Below, piece by piece: positions 1 to 6,899 of a DNA stretch of 12,181 bases. Every line of letters begins with the position of its first letter. The stretch's first letter is position 1. The translations under genes were made by a program, and so were the position numbers. The notes under the pieces were generated by a model. It saw nothing but the letters and a program-made list of their open reading frames with translations, did not search any database and was not told the DNA's origin. Origin of the DNA: Pseudobacteriovorax sp. (GTDB taxonomy: Bacteria > Bdellovibrionota_B > Oligoflexia > Oligoflexales > Oligoflexaceae); contig JBNKNM010000173.1 of assembly GCA_050293845.1 (NCBI GenBank), positions 1 to 12,181 on the forward strand, read 5' to 3'.

Positions 1-1
1 C

Positions 2-121
2 GCCAAATGTCGTTTTTTGGGTGGTGATCCGCAGAAAAATGAGAAGAATAGCTCCGATGAGGCTGATGAATATGATATAGACGAACGCAAGCTTCCGGAT
101 CTCCCGATGGCCCCCCATTGA
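2..121 (+). CDS. 3' end of an upstream CDS (partial), acidic C-terminal tail
   Basis: Frame 2 is open from the window edge (AKCRFLGGDPQKNEKNSSDEADEYDIDERKLPDLPMAPH) to TGA at 119-121. It is followed by GC-rich hairpins and an AT-rich intergenic region. Confidence 0.6.
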   Translation, partial: AKCRFLGGDPQKNEKNSSDEADEYDIDERKLPDLPMAPH

Positions 122-380
122 CCTCCTCTCCCCGACTGACGGGAAAACATCCTCTATATTCTGGGGATGGCTCTATTAGTAGGGGGGTAACGGTTATGAC
201 CTCAAAAAAGCCACGACTATAATTTGTGCAAAAAATTCTTTAGAAATGTAGGTTATTTATTGATTAATTAAATAAAAATAAAAACTTAAGGTGAAAGAAC
301 TTGTACAGTTTACTTTTTAGATAATCGTTCCGAAGAGACTTTACTAACAATCTAAAACGGCTAAAAAAATTACAAGGAGT

Positions 381-1016
381 ATGACTGTGACGCGGATCGT
401 ACTGATGATTCTTATGACTTTTTTCTTGGGAAATTGTGCGGATTCCAACTTTACCCAAAGCGATGCTAAAACATCTAGCGAAAATGCAGGTCGCGTGGAG
501 CAAAATCAAAATCCGGAGTCACTTGGCAAAGATATTGATAAGACAGAACCAGAGCTTATTGAGGAAGAAACGACCCATTTTATCGAGTCAACAGAAAAAA
601 TTTGCCTTGCTGCCATCAATGGAGAACCCACAGAAGTGATTACTGTGTCTCAGGATAACTTTGATTTTTCCCAGTTATCCCCTGATGCAGTCATTCTCAT
701 AAATGTCACGGGGCAAACCAATATTGACCTCAGTAAGGAAGATATAGCAAAATTGGGTGGGGTGTGTGTCGCATCACGTGGTCAAGCAATGGTGCAGATA
801 GATTTCTCAACTGTAGTTACGACGATGTTCTTTTATGCAAGAGGCGGTTCTAATACTACCATGAATTTTGGCGAATCAGGCAACCTAAAGCAGTTGGCAA
901 CCAATATTTCGGGGGATACCCACTTGAGCATCGAAGGCAGCCTTGTTGATTGTGATACTTTATCGCCTGAAGAAGGTGGGTCATCCGCAGTAGAATGCAA
1001 CGGATCACCTCTCTGA
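381..1016 (+). CDS. Hypothetical lipoprotein with a putative beta-solenoid C-terminal domain
   Basis: 211 aa, AAGGAG SD just upstream of ATG. Hydrophobic signal ends in FLGN-C, followed by an acidic linker, repeated Gly-turn/beta-strand motifs and four further Cys. Confidence 0.8.
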   Translation: MTVTRIVLMILMTFFLGNCADSNFTQSDAKTSSENAGRVEQNQNPESLGKDIDKTEPELIEEETTHFIESTEKICLAAINGEPTEVITVSQDNFDFSQLSPDAVILINVTGQTNIDLSKEDIAKLGGVCVASRGQAMVQIDFSTVVTTMFFYARGGSNTTMNFGESGNLKQLATNISGDTHLSIEGSLVDCDTLSPEEGGSSAVECNGSPL

Positions 1017-1076
1017 AAAAGCCCTCCCCAATCATCGGGTTGTAGAACCCTATTCCTCTTTTGGGTTGAGGGGGGT
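1016..1076. terminator. Imperfect long hairpin between convergent genes, probable terminator
   Basis: GCCCTCCCCAA (1021-1031) pairs imperfectly with TTGAGGGGGGT (1066-1076). Inner stem GGGTT-GTAG-AACCC (1037-1050). The A5 at 1016-1020 gives a U-tail on the minus strand. Confidence 0.5.
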
Positions 1077-1078
1077 GT

Positions 1079-2305
1079 TCACTGCTGATCCGTGATGCCA
1101 CTGTCCGTTTTAGGAACCGCATAAATAATGGTAACTTCAACTGGTGTTAAGGGATCAAGAGAATTCAGTACAATAAAGTTTTCGTCTTCTGAAGTTTCAT
1201 ATTTAGATACTTCTTCCCCATCTACCAATACCTTGACAATAGTATTTAGCGGGTGTTTTAGCTGGAATTTGGGTTCGGCTACTTTACTGGCTTCTATCAT
1301 ACTGGCCAAGAAACCCTGATAGTTGTCGAGCTTACAAGAATCGGCTTGCTGGCCTTTTGATTCTTGTACCAACTTAAAGTATGATTGGTCGTGAAGCCCT
1401 TCACTCGTACACTTTTCAAATGGTGCTAGGGCATGGAATTTTAAACCAGCTATTGTATTAGAGCTAGTCGCAGCGTTATAAAGCTTACTGTATTCAGGAA
1501 TCGATTCTTTTAACTCTGCTGAGTTTGTACCTGGATCATGGGTGTCTGAAACGAAGATTACATTCACCAAAGCATTTTTTCTGAATAATGTTTTACCTGC
1601 ATTTTTTAATAACAGTTGCTCGAATGCCTGAATACCAGCCTCTACACCTAAACTTGAAAAAGTGGATTGCGTGGCAGCTGCCAAGCAGTAATCCCCACCA
1701 TCGTTTTTATCCTGAGGTTTAAACCATTGCGCTTCACAGCCATCCAGTGGCCACCGATCAGCAAAATTACTGACTTGTGATCGATAGGAGGCGATAGCTG
1801 ACTTATTCACAAAGTCCAAAAAGCCGGGTTCTTGCTCAATTCCAGTGTATGCAGTGAGGAATGGGCTAGGAGATGAGTAATCTGAAGGATCAGCAATCAT
1901 AGAATTCATCACAGCTACCAAGGATTTCGGGGGAAAAACCCCGGCCTCTTGCAAGGAATTAAATCCTTGATTGACTTTGTCAATAATCTGAAACATAGAT
2001 GAGGAATTATCGATGATAAAAAGGTAATCTACTATAGGATCTGCTTGTCCGAATGAATATTTAACTTCAATCAAGTTAAGATTGTCTTCTGCCACATCTT
2101 CAGTGGGCTCATCTTGAGGTTGGGGATCATCATCTTGCTTTGAAGGAATGCTAGCCGTTGAGTCGCTATCATAGGCGTCCTCAGTAGAGGTTTCATTAAT
2201 ATCTAAGCCTGAGAATTGGGATTCCTGGCCACAGTTGGAAAGTACGAGTAAGGTACAAATAATACAAAAAGGAAGCCAAAAATGGCTATTATAAAAAAAT
2301 TTCAT
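1079..2305 (-). CDS. vWA (von Willebrand A)/MIDAS-domain lipoprotein with C-terminal beta-rich domain
   Basis: 408 aa, GAGGG SD. Signal peptide ends in LSN-C, then an acidic linker. VDYLFIIDNSSSM carries the DxSxS MIDAS motif and IFVSD supplies the distal MIDAS Asp. Four Cys in the mature domain. Confidence 0.85.
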   Translation of the reverse strand: MKFFYNSHFWLPFCIICTLLVLSNCGQESQFSGLDINETSTEDAYDSDSTASIPSKQDDDPQPQDEPTEDVAEDNLNLIEVKYSFGQADPIVDYLFIIDNSSSMFQIIDKVNQGFNSLQEAGVFPPKSLVAVMNSMIADPSDYSSPSPFLTAYTGIEQEPGFLDFVNKSAIASYRSQVSNFADRWPLDGCEAQWFKPQDKNDGGDYCLAAATQSTFSSLGVEAGIQAFEQLLLKNAGKTLFRKNALVNVIFVSDTHDPGTNSAELKESIPEYSKLYNAATSSNTIAGLKFHALAPFEKCTSEGLHDQSYFKLVQESKGQQADSCKLDNYQGFLASMIEASKVAEPKFQLKHPLNTIVKVLVDGEEVSKYETSEDENFIVLNSLDPLTPVEVTIIYAVPKTDSGITDQQ

Positions 2306-2547
2306 CTCTTAGTCCCTCGAAAAATGTTCGCAGAGGTGTATCTGCAATATGTTGATTCTTCTAAAGCGATCACTTTTTTGTTAAGGAAAAATCGAGATCT
2401 ATGACGAACTAAAAAATAAAATATTTTTGGGAAGATGATCGATTCCCTTGAATTGCCAATCGATACTATCTGGTCATTTTGTCTTATTTTACTAAAAATA
2501 TTAGAGAAATGAGATTTATACAGGAAAATATCCAAGGCTGGTAACAT
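2302..2547 (-). CDS. Possible small leader/upstream ORF (81 aa), translation uncertain
   Basis: AAGGAGG lies just upstream of the ATG but only 2 nt from it. The stop overlaps the vWA start as ATGA (2302-2305), and the ORF sits just downstream of a sigma28-like promoter. Composition is AT-rich and intergenic-like. Confidence 0.25.
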   Translation of the reverse strand: MLPALDIFLYKSHFSNIFSKIRQNDQIVSIGNSRESIIFPKIFYFLVRHRSRFFLNKKVIALEESTYCRYTSANIFRGTKR

Positions 2548-2566
2548 GCCCTCCTTCGGGTGGATG

Positions 2567-2593
2567 ATATCGGTGCGAGTTAACTTTGGTTAA
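2567..2593 (-). promoter_or_regulatory. Candidate sigma28 (FliA)-type promoter
   Basis: Minus strand TTAA-N15-ACCGATAT versus consensus TAAA-N15-GCCGATAA (3/4 and 6/8, exact spacing), oriented toward the vWA lipoprotein. Confidence 0.45.
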
Positions 2594-2797
2594 TGATTGG
2601 TCTTTCAAGGTTGAATGCTCTCAAGCTTCCTTTAGCTTGGATATGCCGCAGGTACGACGATTAGAGCTTTGAGAAGTCACACACTTCAATAAGAATCTGC
2701 TTTCTTTAGGTAGCTGAGGTTTCAAGTAATATCCGTAGACGCACAGCCACCCCTCATATATCATATTTTCATGACAACAAGTAAGTTTGGAGCTGGA

Positions 2798-3379
2798 ATG
2801 TCTCGTGTTCTGTTTGGGGTCTTTATTTCCTGTTGCATGCTCTCCTGTGCGACTCCTCAAAAGTTTACTAAGAAATGGCCAGAAGATCTCTCGCAATTTA
2901 CTCAGGAAAAAAAATTAGCGATGGTGTCAGAATTTGAAATTCGAGACTGGTCGGGCTTAGATGGCATTAACTTCTATGTAGGAGGGAAGTCGGCTGATCA
3001 TCTTTATACACTGGAAAGTTTTAAACCCATCATTGAACAGATAACTCCAACTTTAAGGGAGGACCTTAAGGACGTTGTATCGTTTCACCAAACCGGAAAA
3101 TATATTCTTTATGGTTCAGGGGGCTTCTTTACAATGGCTGCAGCCGGTTACTTTACGGAAGCGGAAGATCTGTATCATCATAGCCAAAGCCTTGGCCTAC
3201 TAAGCCTATTTCTTTGGGTTATTTTCGAGCAGTTCGAATGGCAAATAAAGGACCAAATACAATTTCAATATAATGATGCTTTGCGGGAAAATCTAGGGAT
3301 CACTTGGGAAAAGGATATAGATTTAGGGATAGCTCCAGCGACGTCCGAAAAGACTTTCACTTTGACTATAAAGCTTTGA
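2798..3379 (+). CDS. Hypothetical lipoprotein/membrane protein
   Basis: ORF track start is 2771, but ATG 2798 has a GGAG SD 5 nt upstream. Signal ends in MLS-C. Two hydrophobic segments (YILYGSGGFFTMAAAGYF, LGLLSLFLWVIF) and an amphipathic C-terminal strand (TFTLTIKL). Confidence 0.75.
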   Translation: MSRVLFGVFISCCMLSCATPQKFTKKWPEDLSQFTQEKKLAMVSEFEIRDWSGLDGINFYVGGKSADHLYTLESFKPIIEQITPTLREDLKDVVSFHQTGKYILYGSGGFFTMAAAGYFTEAEDLYHHSQSLGLLSLFLWVIFEQFEWQIKDQIQFQYNDALRENLGITWEKDIDLGIAPATSEKTFTLTIKL

Positions 3380-3440
3380 TATAAATGGATGATGCACCCT
3401 ATCGATGTTTTGGAAATCTAAGAGCCAGAGCAGCTAGGTA

Positions 3441-3465
3441 GGGGGCTGACCCCCGTCGCTGTCAG
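3441..3465. terminator. Small GC hairpin(s) between convergent genes
   Basis: GGGGG-CTGA-CCCCC (3441-3454), with an alternative pairing CTGAC/GTCAG (3446-3450/3461-3465). No clear U-tract. Confidence 0.3.
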
Positions 3466-4800
3466 TTATTGGGAGAGGATATCTGAAATCAAAAAAGCCA
3501 TCTCTAAGCTTTGACTGTAGTTTAAGCGGGGATCACAAAAAGTCTCGTATTTTCGCTTGAGATGGTCTTCAGTGATGCCGGCAGAACCACCAGTACACTC
3601 GGTGACATCCTCACCTGTCAATTCAAAGTGGATTCCTGCTAAGAAAGTGTCCTCTTGTTGATGAACCCTAAAGGAATCACGCACTTCACTGAGGATACTG
3701 TTGAAATCTCTAGTTTTGGTACCACCCTTTGTGGTGATGGCGTTGCCATGCATCGGGTCAGAACTCCATTGGACATTCAATTGGGCTGAACGCACAGCAG
3801 CAATAATGGGAGGGAGGTGTTTTTGAACCAGACCATTGCCAAAACGACCAATTAAGGTGACTTTACCCAGCTCATTAGTTGGATTTAAGGCTTTAACGAT
3901 ATTGATGATCTCCCTGGGGTCCGCTGAAGGGCCGACTTTCAAACCGATGGGGTTGGCTATGCCCCGGAAATACTCAACATGCGCTCCCTTTAAGTCCCTA
4001 GTGCGATCGCCAATCCATAGCATATGCGCGCCAAGGTTGTACCATGCATCATAAGCAGGTTCATAACGGGTAAGGGATTCTTCCAGAGGAAGCAACAAGC
4101 CTTCGTGGGAGGTGTAAAACTCCACAGATTGTAGTTTATCTTCTTTTGAACCAAGAGACTCCATAAACTGGATGGCATCCTTGATATTGGAGACTATTTT
4201 TTTATATGCGGCTCGTTTTGATGCTGTAGAAACAAAGTCCAGGTCCCAGTTTTGTGGATTATGTAGATCAGCAAAACCGCCTTTAGTGAGGGCTCTAATA
4301 TAGTTCAAAGTAGCGGAAGATAAATAATAGGCCTGTTCGATACGGTTGGGATCAGGTTTTCTCTCTTCAGGGGAAGGTGCGTAAGAGTTGATAATGTCCC
4401 CGCGATATACGGGGATTTCTTTGCCATTTACTCTTTCCGAAGGATTGGAGCGTGGTTTAGCGTACTGTCCAGCAATTCTACCAATGCGAATGATTGGCTT
4501 TTTAACAACATAGCAGAGCACTACAGACATCTGTAGCAAAATTTTCAATTTCGCCGTGATGACAGCTTCGGTGCAATCTTTAAATTTTTCTGCGCAATCC
4601 CCCCCCTGAAGGATAAAGGCTTCGCCCCGCCCAGCATTTTGTAAATTGCGTTTAAGGGATTCAATCTCGCCTACGAAAACTAGAGGCGGTAAACTCTTTA
4701 CCCTATCGAGTACTTTGTTTAATTGATCTTCAGAATGATATTGCGGTTGCTGCTTAATGGGAAAGCCGCGCCATGAGTTGGGGTTCCAGTTAGTTGTCAT
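3466..4800 (-). CDS. aroG: Class II 3-deoxy-D-arabino-heptulosonate 7-phosphate (DAHP) synthase
   Basis: 444 aa with class II signature motifs QGGDCAE, RIAGQYAKPRS, YRGDIIN, LWIGDRTR, ANPIGLKVGP, DPMHGN, HFELTG and CDPRLN. Metal ligands Cys/His/Glu/Asp present. The symbol varies between taxa (aroG/aroH/aroA-II). Confidence 0.96.
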   Translation of the reverse strand: MTTNWNPNSWRGFPIKQQPQYHSEDQLNKVLDRVKSLPPLVFVGEIESLKRNLQNAGRGEAFILQGGDCAEKFKDCTEAVITAKLKILLQMSVVLCYVVKKPIIRIGRIAGQYAKPRSNPSERVNGKEIPVYRGDIINSYAPSPEERKPDPNRIEQAYYLSSATLNYIRALTKGGFADLHNPQNWDLDFVSTASKRAAYKKIVSNIKDAIQFMESLGSKEDKLQSVEFYTSHEGLLLPLEESLTRYEPAYDAWYNLGAHMLWIGDRTRDLKGAHVEYFRGIANPIGLKVGPSADPREIINIVKALNPTNELGKVTLIGRFGNGLVQKHLPPIIAAVRSAQLNVQWSSDPMHGNAITTKGGTKTRDFNSILSEVRDSFRVHQQEDTFLAGIHFELTGEDVTECTGGSAGITEDHLKRKYETFCDPRLNYSQSLEMAFLISDILSQ

Positions 4801-4812
4801 GCTAAGAGAATC

Positions 4813-5244
4813 CTATGCCTGTTGCTTGGCAAATGCTGTGGCATAAAAATGAATCATTTTCAGAACATTTGCCAAGCCATTTCTACGATTTGTGGAGAGG
4901 TGCTGGGTGACTCCAACCTCTGTCAGAAAGCTTCCATCTTCTTGGAGGATTTCAGAAGGTGGGGTATCGTTAAATACCTTTAGTAACATAGCGATGATTC
5001 CTTTGACGATCATGGCTTCCGAATCGGCCTGAAAGCTTACCAGTCCGTTTGCGCTCATTTGCGGGAACAACCAAGCTCGCGAAATACAACCCTTTACCAT
5101 AAATTGGTCCAGCTTGAATTTTTCATCCATTGGTGGCAGTTTTTTACCCTGTTCAATGATGAATTTCAGTCGCTCATCTTTATTGTCAAAGCTTTTGAGT
5201 TGCTCTGATAAAGCTATTCTTCTCTCGTGGATAGAAGTACTCAA
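4813..5244 (-). CDS. sufE: SufE-family sulfur acceptor / cysteine desulfurase activator
   Basis: VKGCISRAW (persulfide Cys), ADSEAMIVKG, QHLSTNRRNGL. ORF track start is 5262, but TTG at 5244 follows a GGGGGA SD and is preferred. It ends 12 nt before the DAHP synthase ATG. Confidence 0.92.
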   Translation of the reverse strand: MSTSIHERRIALSEQLKSFDNKDERLKFIIEQGKKLPPMDEKFKLDQFMVKGCISRAWLFPQMSANGLVSFQADSEAMIVKGIIAMLLKVFNDTPPSEILQEDGSFLTEVGVTQHLSTNRRNGLANVLKMIHFYATAFAKQQA

Positions 5245-5262
5245 TATGTAATAATCCCCCAA

Positions 5263-5314
5263 ATAGCAAAATTACTCAACTAGTTGCTATATCGCATCGA
5301 GCCGTCTTTGACAA
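5263..5314 (-). promoter_or_regulatory. Possible sigma70-type promoter with overlapping inverted repeats upstream of sufE
   Basis: Minus strand TTGTCA-N17-TATAGC (5314-5286). Palindrome CAACTAGTTG at 5277-5286 and ATAGCAA-N14-TTGCTAT at 5263-5290. Confidence 0.3.
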
Positions 5315-5432
5315 GGATTTGGTCTTGCAATTTACCTGCAATTAATTCCAATTATTCTAAATAGTTCTTCGAAAGCATCGATTCCCTGTTTATGGGCTCC
5401 GATATAAGGGGTTTGGGAGTTAGATAGGAGCG

Positions 5433-6050
5433 TTGTTGCTGATGGGCAGGAATAAAGATGAAACAGTTAAATTAACTAATTTCCCTGATTTACAGTCCCA
5501 TGAAAATAATTCCAAGGATTTTCATCGTCCTCCTGTGCCAAAACCCCCTACTACGAAAGACAAAGTCTACGGCATCGATCAAGCCATCGCGCTTATGAAG
5601 CGATTACCGGAGGCTGACATGAGGGTGCTGGCAACAGTAATCAAAGAAACTTTAGAGTCCGTTGATATTAAAGTATCGGCCATTATTGAAGATGCAGAAA
5701 CCAAAGAGATGCGTTTGGAGGAGCAGATCAAAAAACTGGATACTGAAATTGAAGACCTTGAGGTAATGATATCGCAACGTAAAGAATCTATTCATGAATT
5801 TTTGCGAAATCTGGAGGAAACCCGACAAGTCAAGAACAACCTGGCGCTGGCAACGGGGAGCCAGAGTACCGAAATCGCTATCCATGCCAATTTGCGATCA
5901 AAAGCTGCATCAGAATATACAGCGATACGTGATCACAAAACTTTTGATAAAAATGAAGGCTCACTTCCTAAGTCCCTTGAACCAGCTGATAAAACTGTGC
6001 TACTTGATGCATTGTTTGCAGATCCAAACGGCGATGCCAAGGGTGGTTAA
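5433..6050 (+). CDS. Hypothetical cytoplasmic coiled-coil protein
   Basis: 205 aa, start uncertain (TTG 5433/5436 or ATG 5442; AGGAG at 5426-5430). Pro-rich N-terminus, helical core YGIDQAIALMKRLP, then heptad repeats (LEEQIKKLDTEIEDLEVMISQRKESI). Confidence 0.85.
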   Translation: MLLMGRNKDETVKLTNFPDLQSHENNSKDFHRPPVPKPPTTKDKVYGIDQAIALMKRLPEADMRVLATVIKETLESVDIKVSAIIEDAETKEMRLEEQIKKLDTEIEDLEVMISQRKESIHEFLRNLEETRQVKNNLALATGSQSTEIAIHANLRSKAASEYTAIRDHKTFDKNEGSLPKSLEPADKTVLLDALFADPNGDAKGG

Positions 6051-6333
6051 AGCAAGCGAGCATGAGGGCATCACTTAATATAAGTTGCTAATAAAGTTAT
6101 TAAATCCCTTGCTTAGCTCATAATCTCTTTTAGCGGATTTGTACTCAAAAATCTAGAATGTTGTTGGGGGATAGCTAAATGATGAGTTTCAAGTATGCGA
6201 AAAAGACCATAGTCATTCCCAATATGCTTCAACCAGCACCGGCATCCCGCATACGATATCGTGTAGACAGCCGGGTGCGGGCCGTAAGACGTCATTGCTC
6301 CTATAAGGGTAGTTTCACTGAGGGGTTTGGACT

Positions 6334-6846
6334 TTGTCACAGATTAGCGAACTTACCAGTAGTAAAGAAAAAGTACTAGAAATGAGCAAGGGTAAACCGT
6401 CAAAGTACTTCAGGCACGCTGATGACCCCATTTATGTGCCGCCAATGTCACCTGGAGGAAACACACCAGTTCCTCAGGGGCTTTTTGAATCTATGGGCGA
6501 AGCTGGCATTAGAGATTTGATTGAAAGTTTGTATCGCAGCTTGGAAAAATCTTCGTTGTCAGGGATGTTCAGCGATTCTAAGCGAGGAGCTGAGCGCTCA
6601 GCAGATTTTTTCATTGGACTTCTCGGGGGTCCACCCTTGTTTCATCAGCGGTACGGACCGCCACGGCTAAGGATGCGCCACCTTCCTTTTAAAATTGACC
6701 AAAAATCTCGCCGTATTTGGCTTGATTGCTTTTTTCAATGCATTGATGCTTTTGAAAATCAGAGCTCTTTTCCTCCAGTACAGCGAGTGGCGCTTAAGAA
6801 ATTTCTAGAGAATTTTTCATCTTGGATGGTAAATACATCAGGTTGA
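6334..6846 (+). CDS. Truncated (2/2) hemoglobin, group II (trHbO-like)
   Basis: MGEAGIRDLIESLY (B10 Tyr), MF (CD1 Phe), LLGGPPLF, PRLRMRH (proximal F8 His), PFKI, IWLDCF (G8 Trp), WMVN. TTG start after GAGGGG; alternative ATG at 6382. Confidence 0.9.
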   Translation: MSQISELTSSKEKVLEMSKGKPSKYFRHADDPIYVPPMSPGGNTPVPQGLFESMGEAGIRDLIESLYRSLEKSSLSGMFSDSKRGAERSADFFIGLLGGPPLFHQRYGPPRLRMRHLPFKIDQKSRRIWLDCFFQCIDAFENQSSFPPVQRVALKKFLENFSSWMVNTSG

Positions 6847-6873
6847 AACTAGCCTCATATCGAGACTAGTTCA
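6844..6873. terminator. Hairpin between convergent globin and mltD genes
   Basis: Minus strand ACTAGTCTC-GATAT-GAGGCTAGT is a 9-bp stem with one G-U, flanked by TGAA/TTCA. Confidence 0.5.
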
Positions 6874-6899
6874 TGCTAATGACAGGATGCTGGTTTTTT

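Noticed and set aside
264..1319. ORFs 264-509(-), 436-639(+), 856-1140(-), 1128-1319(+)
   Set aside because: Shadow or out-of-frame ORFs overlapping better-supported genes, with no recognisable motifs.
2621..2896. 91-aa minus-strand ORF
   Set aside because: Overlaps the start of the plus-strand lipoprotein gene and shows no protein-like features.
3836..4178. ORFs 3836-4054(+) and 3990-4178(-)
   Set aside because: Lie entirely inside the conserved DAHP synthase gene.
5308..5337. Perfect TTGACA on the plus strand as a sigma70 promoter for the coiled-coil gene
   Set aside because: No acceptable -10 hexamer at 16-18 nt spacing.
5652..6340. ORFs 5652-5885(-), 5794-6078(+), 6113-6340(-)
   Set aside because: The first two are shadows of the coiled-coil gene. 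The third has an AGGAG only 2 nt from its internal ATG, overlaps the globin start, and has no other support.
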